A DNA stretch of 64,000 bases from an uncultured delta proteobacterium (GCA_963790475.1 CAWBOS010000010.1:64001-128000), one strand, 5' to 3'. Counted from the stretch's first letter, positions 9,945 through 19,196 are shown. Translations and numbers: made by a program. Notes: generated from the letters alone by a model not told the origin.

Positions 9945-10428
9945 CAATGCTATTGTTCTTGAGATTATTTTGTTATAATTCATATGAGGAGGTGAATAAA
10001 AAGGCTCTCGTTTAAGCCATTGAAGAAGCTGATGGAGGCCCTGTAGTCCTGTTTTTCCATATTTAATTTGTCATGGTGAGAGACTATATTATGCAAAAAA
10101 TACTGTCTTTTTTTTTGAAAGATACTCTCTCCATGTTATTTATTTTACAGTTCTTTTAAAATAGATTGGGGGTAAAAAGTGTTCTGAGACCTCTTGCAGA
10201 TGTAACTTTCCAAAAAAAACCGCAAGGGAATGGTAGAGAAATCCAAAGCCATATCAACATTGATCAAAGTTATCGGCAATAAAGGGGGGAGATTCGGGAT
10301 TAAGTCTGGCGGAAGCGAAGGCCCAAAAGGCCGGACTTTCAGCCGAAAGGTTGGAGATCGCTGCTGATTGTGTAGAGCGCGCCCCAAAAAAAAGCATTTT
10401 ATTTTTATTCCAAAGGGAGGATGGCATC

Positions 10429-11007
10429 GTGAAGACAAAGCAAATCAGTTTTTGGACATTGATCCTGGTGTTAATTATTTCCGGTCTTTTTCTTTTTTCT
10501 TGCAGTAAAACCAAGGAAGTCAAAAAAGAAGAACCTGTTTCCAAACCTCCAGCCGTTGTTAAGGAAGGAGCGGAAAAGCCTAAGGTACAGGTTGGCCCCA
10601 GTGACCGGGAATTAAGGGAAAAGGCCCTGAGAGAAGAAGAGGCCAGACGATTAAAAGAGGCAGCGGAAAAGGCCAATTTTGAATCCGAGGATGTCCATTT
10701 TGAATTTGATCAGGCAATCTTATCAGAAACGGACAAACAAATTTTGAATAAAAGAGCCAAATGGTTAAAAGATAATCCGGCGGCCAAGGCCTCGATCGAA
10801 GGTCACTGCGATGAAAGAGGAAGTGCGGAATATAACCTGGCTCTGGGTCAGAGAAGGGCCGATGCGACCATGGCTTACATGACTTCTCTGGGTGTCGAGG
10901 CCAGCCGGCTTTCAACGATCAGTTACGGCAAGGAAAAACCACTGGATACAGGACATGATGAGGCTGCTTGGGCCAAAAACCGCAGGGCTCATTTTGTCTT
11001 GAAATAA
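10429..11007 (+). CDS. pal: Peptidoglycan-associated lipoprotein (OmpA-like), copy 1
   Basis: Lipobox LFSC; HFEFD, IEGHCDERGSAEYNLALGQRRA, SYGKEKP and NRRA. Confidence 0.9.
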   Translation: MKTKQISFWTLILVLIISGLFLFSCSKTKEVKKEEPVSKPPAVVKEGAEKPKVQVGPSDRELREKALREEEARRLKEAAEKANFESEDVHFEFDQAILSETDKQILNKRAKWLKDNPAAKASIEGHCDERGSAEYNLALGQRRADATMAYMTSLGVEASRLSTISYGKEKPLDTGHDEAAWAKNRRAHFVLK

Positions 11008-11058
11008 GCTATTATTTTTAAAAAAAATATTAAATCTATTTTCCTTACCTGCACCGAT

Positions 11059-11096
11059 TAGCCGAGAAGCCCTCCGTGGTTTCTCGGCTATTTTTT
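11059..11096 (+). terminator. Intrinsic terminator after pal
   Basis: TAGCCGAGAA...TTCTCGGCTA hairpin followed by TTTTTT. Confidence 0.75.
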
Positions 11097-11236
11097 ATAG
11101 GTTCAAGATCCGGAAGCCGGTAACCTTGAAGTTACCCCTGCCAAAGAGTTCGGACAATGGGATTATCGGGGCCCTGTAAATGGGATAGAATTTTTTACAG
11201 GGTTATCCAATTCAGTTTGCCCAGGGAGATCCGATT

Positions 11237-11941
11237 ATGACCAATGAAAAAATTCTGGTAATTGAAGATGAAGAAAAGATTTCCAGTATCGTCAAATCTT
11301 ATCTGGAGCGGGAAGGGTTTACAGTCACCCTGGCCGATACCGGACAGAAGGCACTCCAGTTGATCAAAGGAGGCCATGATCTTATCATCCTCGATCTAAT
11401 GCTCCCGGATATGGAAGGGGAAACTTTATGCGGTCAGATAAGAGAATTTTCCGATGTGCCGATAATCATGCTCACGGCTAAAAGTTCGGAAGATGAGAGG
11501 GTGAGAGGATTGGGTTTAGGGGCCGATGATTACGTGATCAAACCTTTCAGCCCAAGAGAACTGGTGGCCCGGGTCAAAGCCCATCTGAGACGATCGGAAA
11601 AAAAGGAGGGCAAGATTTTGTCTTTCAACAAGGGTTTGCTCAAAATCAACCCCTTGGCGATGGAAGTTCGAAAGGGAGATAAAACCATACCTTTTACATC
11701 CACGGAATTCAAAGTATTGCTATATCTGGCCCAAAAAGCCCAAGTGGTGGTCAACCGGTTTCAGATAGTCAATAAGGTCCTGGGGTATGAATTCGAGGGA
11801 TACGACCGGGTCATCGATGCCCATATCAAAAATATCAGGCATAAAATCGAAGAAGATTCACAGAACCCCCTGTTTATAAAAACCGTTTATGGGGCCGGGT
11901 ATAAATTTATTGGTCTGCCGGATGATGATATGAGGTCATGA
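11237..11941 (+). CDS. OmpR/BaeR-type response regulator
   Basis: IEDE, LDLMLP, GADDYVIKPFSPREL, RVIDAHIKNIRHK and TVYGAGY. Confidence 0.93.
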   Translation: MTNEKILVIEDEEKISSIVKSYLEREGFTVTLADTGQKALQLIKGGHDLIILDLMLPDMEGETLCGQIREFSDVPIIMLTAKSSEDERVRGLGLGADDYVIKPFSPRELVARVKAHLRRSEKKEGKILSFNKGLLKINPLAMEVRKGDKTIPFTSTEFKVLLYLAQKAQVVVNRFQIVNKVLGYEFEGYDRVIDAHIKNIRHKIEEDSQNPLFIKTVYGAGYKFIGLPDDDMRS

Positions 11942-13299
11942 TGCGGACAAAACTGTTCCGATCCTTTCTGATCGTAATCCTGGCCGCGTTGTTATCCGGT
12001 TTTATTTTTCAATGGCTGATTATTAAGGACTTTGACAACTACGTCAACGGGGTGAAAGAAGACCAGATTCGCTGGATCCGCGCTTCGCTGGAAAGCTCCT
12101 ACTTAGGCGGGCAATGGGACAAAATGGCCTTATCCGAGACTATCCATTGGGCTATGATGTTAGGGCTGGACCTGAAGATCTTCGATTCCCAGGATCGGGA
12201 AATTATCACCTCCCAAATGGTTATGGATACCGTTTCGGAAATAATGAAACATCAGATGGCCGAGCTTTACCTCCAAACTTCCCTGAAGGAAAAATATGAT
12301 CGGCAATTTCTCTACTCTAAAAATCAAAGGATAGGAACGCTTTTGTTCCGACAGCTTCCCAAAAAAGAAATTATAAAAAAGGAAATTGTATTTAAAAAAC
12401 GGATTCAAAACTTTCTTTTTGTCTCTCTCCTGATCGCTGGTTTTGGAGCCTTGCTTTTGGCCCTGATCTTCAGCCGGTATCTTTCCAAGCCGTTGACCGA
12501 TCTAAAGGAGGCGGCTCAAAAAACCGCCGGGGGGGATTTTTCTGTCCGAATACCCCTTAGTGCCGATCAAAAATCTGATGAGATAACCCAGCTTTCTGAA
12601 ACCTTTAATTTCATGGTATCTTCCTTGCAAAAAGAAGAAGAATTGCGAAGGCACCTGCTATCCAATATCCATCATGAGCTGAGGACCCCCCTGACGATCA
12701 TGAAAACCCATATCGAGGCCATGGCCGACGGGATCGTTACCGATCAGGAAAAAGGATTGGAAGTGCTCAGAAATGAAACAGAAAAACTGATTAGATTGGT
12801 CAAAGGCATTGAGGACGTTACCGTAGCTGAGGCGAGCTTTCTTAAACGCACCCAAAAAACACAAATCAATGTCAAAGATTTCCTTTCCGGGGTGGTTGAT
12901 GGGCTGGCTCCGATGGCTCAAGAAAAAGGACTCTTCATACGAATGACCAAGAGTATTGATCTTATGGTTTCTACTGACGTAGAGAAGCTGGAAATCATAT
13001 TGCAGAATATTCTTTCCAATGCCCTTAAATTTACCGATAGAGGGGGAATTGAGATTGGGTACGGAAAAGAGAGAAGATCCTTTTGGATTGAAATCAAGGA
13101 TTCGGGAAAGGGCATCCCGGAAGATAAAATACCCTTAATCTTTAATCGCTTCTATCAAATAGGGCCTACGAACTTTCAAGGGTCCGGCATCGGGTTGGCC
13201 ATTGTTAAGGACCTGGTAACCGCCCTGGGCGGGACCATCGAGGTGGAAAGCAAGCTTCAAAAAGGAACAACATTTAAAATGGTTTTTCCGGTATCTTAG
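11938..13299 (+). CDS. HAMP-domain sensor histidine kinase (BaeS-like)
   Basis: Two TM segments, HAMP, HELRTPLT, NILSNALKF, DSGKGI and GSGIGL. Confidence 0.92.
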   Translation: MMRTKLFRSFLIVILAALLSGFIFQWLIIKDFDNYVNGVKEDQIRWIRASLESSYLGGQWDKMALSETIHWAMMLGLDLKIFDSQDREIITSQMVMDTVSEIMKHQMAELYLQTSLKEKYDRQFLYSKNQRIGTLLFRQLPKKEIIKKEIVFKKRIQNFLFVSLLIAGFGALLLALIFSRYLSKPLTDLKEAAQKTAGGDFSVRIPLSADQKSDEITQLSETFNFMVSSLQKEEELRRHLLSNIHHELRTPLTIMKTHIEAMADGIVTDQEKGLEVLRNETEKLIRLVKGIEDVTVAEASFLKRTQKTQINVKDFLSGVVDGLAPMAQEKGLFIRMTKSIDLMVSTDVEKLEIILQNILSNALKFTDRGGIEIGYGKERRSFWIEIKDSGKGIPEDKIPLIFNRFYQIGPTNFQGSGIGLAIVKDLVTALGGTIEVESKLQKGTTFKMVFPVS

Positions 13300-13311
13300 C
13301 CCCAGCTAAAT

Positions 13312-13366
13312 CTTCACAATTTCTTCACAAAGTATGCATAATTTCTTCACCCTTTTTTCTTATCCT
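13312..13366 (+). promoter_or_regulatory. 11-bp-periodic direct-repeat operator plus -10 element (OmpR-family-like box)
   Basis: CTTCACAATTT-CTTCACAAAGT-ATGCATAATTT-CTTCAC, with TATCCT 49 nt from the start; same architecture at 15714. Confidence 0.7.
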
Positions 13367-13405
13367 AAGATACATCAAAAATCATTCACTCGGAAGGAAT
13401 GGGTT

Positions 13406-13864
13406 ATGAAAAAAAGATTTCGAGTATTTTTTGTGGCCTTAACGTTGGTTATTGCTTTGATAGCCGGCAGCGGTCTGGCTCTGGCCATGATGGGCGGTGG
13501 GGGCGGAGCTGGAGGTGGCATGGGTGGCGGCGCCGGAGGAGGAATGGGTGGCGGAGCCATGGGTGGTGGTCCCGGGGCCGGAATGGGCGGAGGGGACATG
13601 AGCGGCGGTCCCGGATCTGGAATGGGCACTTCCATGGGGATGTCCGGTACCCAAGGTATGACCGGGACTACCTCCGGCCCAGGATCTTCCATGATGGGAC
13701 CCCAAAACGCAATGACCGGTCAGGGAATGGCCACCTCCCATATGTCCGGTAACCAGGGCATGACCGGGACTATGTTTGGTCAAGGCACTTCCTTGATGGG
13801 ACCCCAAAACGCAATGACCGGTCAGGGAATGATCCCCTCTCACAGCCAGGGAGGCGCGAAATGA
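13406..13864 (+). CDS. Secreted Gly/Met-rich low-complexity protein with an internal 34-aa duplication
   Basis: Signal peptide ending ALA; MGGG repeats; duplicated MSGxQGMTGT...MGPQNAMTGQGMxxSH. Confidence 0.75.
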   Translation: MKKRFRVFFVALTLVIALIAGSGLALAMMGGGGGAGGGMGGGAGGGMGGGAMGGGPGAGMGGGDMSGGPGSGMGTSMGMSGTQGMTGTTSGPGSSMMGPQNAMTGQGMATSHMSGNQGMTGTMFGQGTSLMGPQNAMTGQGMIPSHSQGGAK

Positions 13865-13944
13865 AAATCATATGACAACCGGTCAGGCCGCTGGGGATCA
13901 TAGCAGTAGAGGATTCATACCCCTAAGAATGGAGATGAACTGAC

Positions 13945-14589
13945 GTGAGAAAGAAAATTATATTCCTGATAACAGGTCTTTTGTTAGGTCTTGGGTATAT
14001 TCCGACCCTGATGGCTGAAGAAGGACCGGTTCTAAACAAAGAGTATCAACAAAGCTTCGAGACTTCTTATGCCAAGGCCTTAAACAACAAATATGACGAG
14101 GCCATAGCTCCTCTTCGAAAGCTGATTAAAAAATATCCTTCCGATTACATAATGAATGTAAGGCTGGGTTATTTATACTTTCTTAAAGGGGACTTCAAGG
14201 CCTCGGTCGATTACTATGAAAAAGGTGTTCAAATCAAATCCAAAGCAGTAGAGCCCTATCAGGGCATTCTATTACCCCTCATGGGCCTCAAGAATTATAA
14301 AGAGTCCATTAAGTGGGGGCAGAGGGCCCTTATAGTAGATCCTTTCAACTACACGGTTTTAAGCACCGTAGCCTATGCCTGTTATCTAAACGGGGATTAT
14401 AAAAGAGCTACTTTTTATTACTTGAGACTTACCGAGCTCTATCCCTCCGACGTAACTATGCGTGTCGGGCTGGGTTGGTCCTATCTGAAAGCCGGGGACA
14501 AAATGAAGGCCCAGAAGGAATTCATTCAGGTGCTCAATTTAAGCCCGACCAATCAATTGGCCTTCACCGGGTATGATCTTTCTAAATGA
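13945..14589 (+). CDS. Exported tetratricopeptide-repeat protein
   Basis: Signal peptide; several TPR-like units (LGYLYFLKGDF, LGWSYLKAGD, VLNLSP). Confidence 0.8.
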   Translation: MRKKIIFLITGLLLGLGYIPTLMAEEGPVLNKEYQQSFETSYAKALNNKYDEAIAPLRKLIKKYPSDYIMNVRLGYLYFLKGDFKASVDYYEKGVQIKSKAVEPYQGILLPLMGLKNYKESIKWGQRALIVDPFNYTVLSTVAYACYLNGDYKRATFYYLRLTELYPSDVTMRVGLGWSYLKAGDKMKAQKEFIQVLNLSPTNQLAFTGYDLSK

Positions 14590-14786
14590 TTTTAAAATAC
14601 TGTAATAATTTCCAAATAATACAGTGTTTATCCTATTTATTTGTCCAGGCATTTTTATGATATTGAATAGCAAAAAGGGGAAATAATATGAAAATCAAAT
14701 TTATTTTTAGGGTTAAATGAATCCGTTTTTTTAAACTATTGATTAATAGGAAAGGGGCTTAACCTGCAGGAAAAAAAGGAGGAATT

Positions 14787-15167
14787 ATGAACAATCTTAA
14801 AGTATTAGTCCTGGGAATTACTGTGCTGGCCCTGTTGGTCTTTTTGTCAGCTTGTGCCACGGCCACCCCCTCAACTCAGGCAAAAGCCACCATTACAGCC
14901 AAATCCGGAGATATCGTCCATCTCTTCCATGGAGGAAATAAACTGGCCAAAGAGGAATTTTGCCCTGACGAAACCGTACCTGTATATCGCTATTTCGGCA
15001 GCCGCTGGAAGGAAGCCAGACCGGTGGGCAAAGTCAAGGTCACCCAATACTTGGGTGATCATTTCATTGAAGGGAAGGTAGTCGAGGGAAATCTGAAGGA
15101 CGGTGACGTGGCCATAAAACCCAACAGCGCTTGTATGATAAGGATCCCGGAACCCGAAAATAAATAG
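14787..15167 (+). CDS. Hypothetical lipoprotein
   Basis: Strong RBS AGGAGG; lipobox LSAC. Confidence 0.7.
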   Translation: MNNLKVLVLGITVLALLVFLSACATATPSTQAKATITAKSGDIVHLFHGGNKLAKEEFCPDETVPVYRYFGSRWKEARPVGKVKVTQYLGDHFIEGKVVEGNLKDGDVAIKPNSACMIRIPEPENK

Positions 15168-15244
15168 AAGCAGGTGATATTCTGCTTTGATAGTCCGGGA
15201 ATTTTATCTGCAGACTATCCGGCCCTTATTGAAGGAGTAGGCCC

Positions 15245-15658
15245 GTGACAACAAGGTCCTGGTCATTTACTATGAATATCCTTTGAATATCCACAGCAGA
15301 AAATCCCTTACAGTTTGCGGTCGCTGTCGAAGGATACCAATTATTATCTCCTGGCTCAGTTATCTGGGTGGTCAAGATTCTTCCCTGGCTGGAGATAATT
15401 TTAGGAATAGCCCTGTTCAGCGGCATCAAAATTCGATATATGGCCGGCTTTGCCGTTGCCTTTCTCGCCTTTTTCATCGGAGTCATGTTGGTGACTTATC
15501 TCCGGGGCATTGAAGCCGATTGCGGTTGTTTCGGAATAGGAGAGCGAATCTCACCTTTTACGCTGGTCCGGGATACCCTTTTCATTCTACCGGCCTTATT
15601 TCTGGTTGTCCAACCCTGGCTGGAATTGCGTCGATGGTTAAGGGGGCAAGGGCGGTAA
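15245..15658 (+). pseudogene. MauE/DoxX-family membrane protein with a disrupted N-terminus
   Basis: NPLQFAVAVEGYQLL, LPWLEIILG and RGIEADCGCFG; first TM helix missing; in-frame TGA at 15284. Confidence 0.7.
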
Positions 15659-15713
15659 ACAGGCCGATGAGACCCTTTAGCAAATCATTCTAAGCCCCTT
15701 CCCCGGAAAAAAA

Positions 15714-15768
15714 CTTCATAATTTCTTCACAAAGTCAGCATACTTTATTCAAATTTATCTCTTATAAT
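15714..15768 (+). promoter_or_regulatory. Second copy of the 11-bp-periodic operator plus TATAAT
   Basis: CTTCATAATTT-CTTCACAAAGT-CAGCATACTTT-ATTCAA, with TATAAT at 15763 (same 49-nt offset). Confidence 0.72.
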
Positions 15769-15805
15769 TTTTCTAAAAATAACAACTTAAAAGGAGGAAG
15801 TGGCA

Positions 15806-16210
15806 ATGAAAAAATTATTTTTAGTAACCTTTGTGATTAGCATGATGGCTGTCTCTTTGATAGCCGGAAATGGCCTTGCGCTGGCCATGATGGGCGGCGG
15901 GGGTGGAGGTGGCGGCGGCATGGCTGGCGGCGCCGGAGGAGGAATGGGAGGCGGAGCCATGGGTGGTGGTGCCGGGGCTGGCATGACCGGCCCGGGGAGC
16001 ATGTCCGGAGGTGACGGCACTTCCATGGGTATGAGCGGTAACCACGGCGGGGCCGGTACGATGCCCGGCCACGGCACTTCACAAATGGGAACCCATAGCG
16101 GAATGTCCGGTCGGGGAACCACAACCAATGCTCATACCCACAGTGGCTCGACTGGGAATCATACGGCTGGCAGTCATTCCGTGGCGGGTCCTTACGGAAC
16201 GACTAATTAA
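15806..16210 (+). CDS. Secreted Gly/Met/His-rich protein, paralogue of 13406
   Basis: RBS AAGGAGG; signal peptide ...LIAGNGLALA; MGGG repeats; His-rich tail. Confidence 0.75.
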   Translation: MKKLFLVTFVISMMAVSLIAGNGLALAMMGGGGGGGGGMAGGAGGGMGGGAMGGGAGAGMTGPGSMSGGDGTSMGMSGNHGGAGTMPGHGTSQMGTHSGMSGRGTTTNAHTHSGSTGNHTAGSHSVAGPYGTTN

Positions 16211-16519
16211 TTCCGGTTTCAGTGGGACAAGCCAGCTTGATTATCACCCACGAAGCAATTCATAAAGTGGAAGATAAGAAACCAAAAATCTTTCAAACGG
16301 CAGGAAAGGGGAATCCTTTCCTGCCGACAAAAAAGTAAAAAAGCTTTTAAGAGTATCCAAAGGCCCAAGATCTTTTATGCCCGCCGATGTTTCCAGGGTA
16401 AAATGAAATCCCTCAATCGACTTTGTCCTTGCTTTTTAGGTACCCCTTCTTGATAATATTCCTCAGCTTTTAATCAACTTCTGTTTGAAGAGCTGGGGAA
16501 AACAAGGAATATTTCAAAA

Positions 16520-18349
16520 ATGACCGCCGAAAGAAAATGTCTTCTCGCACCCGGGACCATTCTCAATGACAAATGGATGATCATGGACCTCATCGGAAAA
16601 GGGGCCATGGGAGAGGTCTATCGAGCCCATCAATTAAACTTGCAGCGGGATGTGGCTATAAAGATCGTTTCCAGAGAATGGCTGCGAACAGCGGAAGAAG
16701 AGGGCCTGGAGATTGAACCCATTATTCAAAGGTTTCGCCGGGAATTTCAGGCCATGGCCCAGGTCCGACACCCCAATGCCCTTCAAATCTATGATTATGG
16801 GACCTGCTCAATTCTGAAAGACGAAAAAGAAGTGGACGTCGAATTCATTGTCATGGAGTATATCCCCGGGGCCACCTTACGATTCACCATGTCCGATGAG
16901 GGTTTTGAGCCGGATGAAAAACTGATAAAAGATTGGATAATAGAATATTTTTTTCCCGTGCTCGAAGGGGTTCAGGCCTTGCATACCCTGGGGATCGTCC
17001 ACCGGGACCTCAAGCCGGAAAATGTTCTCTTGGACGGAACTATTCCCAAGATTACTGATTTTGGACTGGCCCGTTCCACCCGCCTCAAACCCCTTTCCCA
17101 AACGGTAGATTCCCAGGGGACATTAACGTATATGCCTCCTGAACAATTTGTTGATTTCAAAAGAGTGGATCAGCGAGGCGACATCTTTTCTTTGGGAAGG
17201 ATTCTTTATGAGGCTATAGCCGGGAAAATCTCCAAAGAGACCATTCCCTTTAAAACAGTAAAGCTGGCCAATCCCAATACCCCGTTTCTTGAAAAGCTAG
17301 ACAAAATCATCCAATGGTCCACCGCTGAAGAACGGGAACAGCGTCTGGATTCGGTTGAAAAAATGGGCCAATTGCTTAAAGAAGCCATTCAAGAATTAGA
17401 AGCGGAATCAAATAAACCGGATATAACGGCTTTCCCGGCAGCCGGTCCCTGGTGGGCCCATCCCCAATGGATCTGGATTGGAATTGCCCTTGTTCTTGTT
17501 ACTGTTTTAGGAATGACCTTTTGGCACCTGTTTGGGAACCCCGGTCAGACAGACCGGTCGGCGAAGGAAGGAAAACCAGCACCACAAGCCGTTGAAAGTC
17601 CTCCCGCATCTTCTTCGGTCCAGGGATTGCCTAAATCTATAGTGGGGGAAGACGGAATGACTATGGTTTTGATCTCCGGAGGTTCTATGCCCGCGGTTTC
17701 CGGAGTGTCAAATGGGTCAATAAGAAGTGGGCAAATGAAACCCTTTTATATGGATGAGACTAAAGTAACCTTTCAGCAATATGTGGAATTTTTGAATATA
17801 GAAAAAAAGAATTTGAAGATTGAAAACGGGTTGCTCAAGAGCAAAGGGCAAGTCTGGTATCTAATTGGAGAGGCAAACGAGAATTATAATCAAATTATCT
17901 TTGAACATGGGCGTTTTCATGTTCGCGATCCCCAAAAAGCATCTCAACCGGTAGTTCGGGTAACCTGGGGTGGAGCTGCCGCCTATGCTAAATATTTTAG
18001 AAAACGTCTCCCCACCGAGCTGGAATGGGAATACGCCGCTTCTTTGAATAGACCCAAAGGGATTTCTCCATCTTCCGGGCCCTCCAATAAGGAAATAGAA
18101 ATTAAGGACCTATATGGAAAAATCAATGAATGGGCTATTCGGGAGATGGATTTCCAGGAAATGGGACGGACCGCTCTCACAAAAAAGCCTTCTCCAATAA
18201 TTTTCCTTGGGCTATCCACTTCTCAGGGCAAATTGCTAAGACGCCCTTCCTTTCCTTGGGAAGGACACTGGGATGTGGGGTTTCGTTGTGTTCTCGATAT
18301 AACGGAAAACGAGAAGGTCGAGAAAAAGGTGCTGACTGAGAAAAAGTGA
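16520..18349 (+). CDS. Hanks-type Ser/Thr kinase - TM - FGE-sulfatase (SUMF1)-like domain
   Basis: GKGAMGEV, VAIK, HRDLKPEN, DFG and GT..YMPPE; TM near aa 318-338; PVVRVTW, RLPTELEWEYAA and GFRCV. Confidence 0.9.
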   Translation: MTAERKCLLAPGTILNDKWMIMDLIGKGAMGEVYRAHQLNLQRDVAIKIVSREWLRTAEEEGLEIEPIIQRFRREFQAMAQVRHPNALQIYDYGTCSILKDEKEVDVEFIVMEYIPGATLRFTMSDEGFEPDEKLIKDWIIEYFFPVLEGVQALHTLGIVHRDLKPENVLLDGTIPKITDFGLARSTRLKPLSQTVDSQGTLTYMPPEQFVDFKRVDQRGDIFSLGRILYEAIAGKISKETIPFKTVKLANPNTPFLEKLDKIIQWSTAEEREQRLDSVEKMGQLLKEAIQELEAESNKPDITAFPAAGPWWAHPQWIWIGIALVLVTVLGMTFWHLFGNPGQTDRSAKEGKPAPQAVESPPASSSVQGLPKSIVGEDGMTMVLISGGSMPAVSGVSNGSIRSGQMKPFYMDETKVTFQQYVEFLNIEKKNLKIENGLLKSKGQVWYLIGEANENYNQIIFEHGRFHVRDPQKASQPVVRVTWGGAAAYAKYFRKRLPTELEWEYAASLNRPKGISPSSGPSNKEIEIKDLYGKINEWAIREMDFQEMGRTALTKKPSPIIFLGLSTSQGKLLRRPSFPWEGHWDVGFRCVLDITENEKVEKKVLTEKK

Positions 18350-18488
18350 CGGCCGAGAAAAAGGATGTCAAAAAAAGAGAAGGAGCCAACTATCCGGCTA
18401 AGGCTCCCTTGGGAGTAGTTCCCCAAGGAAACCAGCTTCCATCATTAAGGCGAAAGTTCGGTTGAGCTTTCCCGGAATAGTTTGGACA

Positions 18489-19196
18489 ATGGAATCATAC
18501 GCTATTACCCATCAAGGGTTAAAAAGAAAAGAAAACCAGGACCGATATTTTATGGGGGAATTGAATAACCATACGTTCCTCATGGCCGTGGCCGATGGGA
18601 TGGGGGGTGAAGCCGGAGGAGGATTGGCGGCTCAAATAGCCATAGAGGCTTTCGAAGATTTTAATCCCGGCCCGAGAAGCATTAAGACTCAACTCCTCAA
18701 AGTATTCCAGGCGGCTTCCCAAAGGATTGGCGAGGAAGTCCAAAAGGATCTTAAGTTAGAAGGAATGGGGACCACCCTGACTGCGGCCTATATAAAAAAC
18801 AGGACAACATACTGGTCCCATGTCGGCGACAGCCGGCTTTATCTCTGGCGGGCGGGACACCTGACTCAAGTGACCGAAGATCACACTTTCGTAAATAGCC
18901 TCGTAAAAGATGGGGTGATAACCCAAGGAGAGGCCGACGTCCATTCCATGCAAAATATTTTGCTTCACTGCATCGGCTGTGACCCACTGGAGATCAGTTC
19001 GGGCGGATTCAAGGTTTTCAAAGAAGATATAATTTTTCTTTCCACGGATGGACTTCATCACATGGTCCCCGGGGGGAAAATAGTTTCCATCCTAAGGAAG
19101 GACATCGGTATCAGGAAAAAGTTTGAGAAACTTATCCGGGTTGCTTTAAAGGCCGGTGGTCAGGATAATATTACTATAGCGGGCCTGACGATTTAA
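18489..19196 (+). CDS. PP2C/PPM-family Ser/Thr phosphatase
   Basis: RKENQD, VADGMGG, GMGTT, HVGDSRLY, STDGL and GGQDNIT. Confidence 0.92.
   Translation: MESYAITHQGLKRKENQDRYFMGELNNHTFLMAVADGMGGEAGGGLAAQIAIEAFEDFNPGPRSIKTQLLKVFQAASQRIGEEVQKDLKLEGMGTTLTAAYIKNRTTYWSHVGDSRLYLWRAGHLTQVTEDHTFVNSLVKDGVITQGEADVHSMQNILLHCIGCDPLEISSGGFKVFKEDIIFLSTDGLHHMVPGGKIVSILRKDIGIRKKFEKLIRVALKAGGQDNITIAGLTI

Larger units (their letters stand above)
8620..11100. repeat. Segmental duplication copy 1 (cyt c stub - rhodanese - MarR - pal - terminator); copy 2 at ~22965-25100
   Basis: Long near-identical runs in both coding and intergenic DNA of the two copies. Confidence 0.9.

Noticed and set aside
15284-15286. In-frame TGA in the MauE/DoxX gene as selenocysteine
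   Set aside because: It is not at a Cys-type position and has no clear hairpin. It arises within a small TGAATATCC duplication at a deletion junction.
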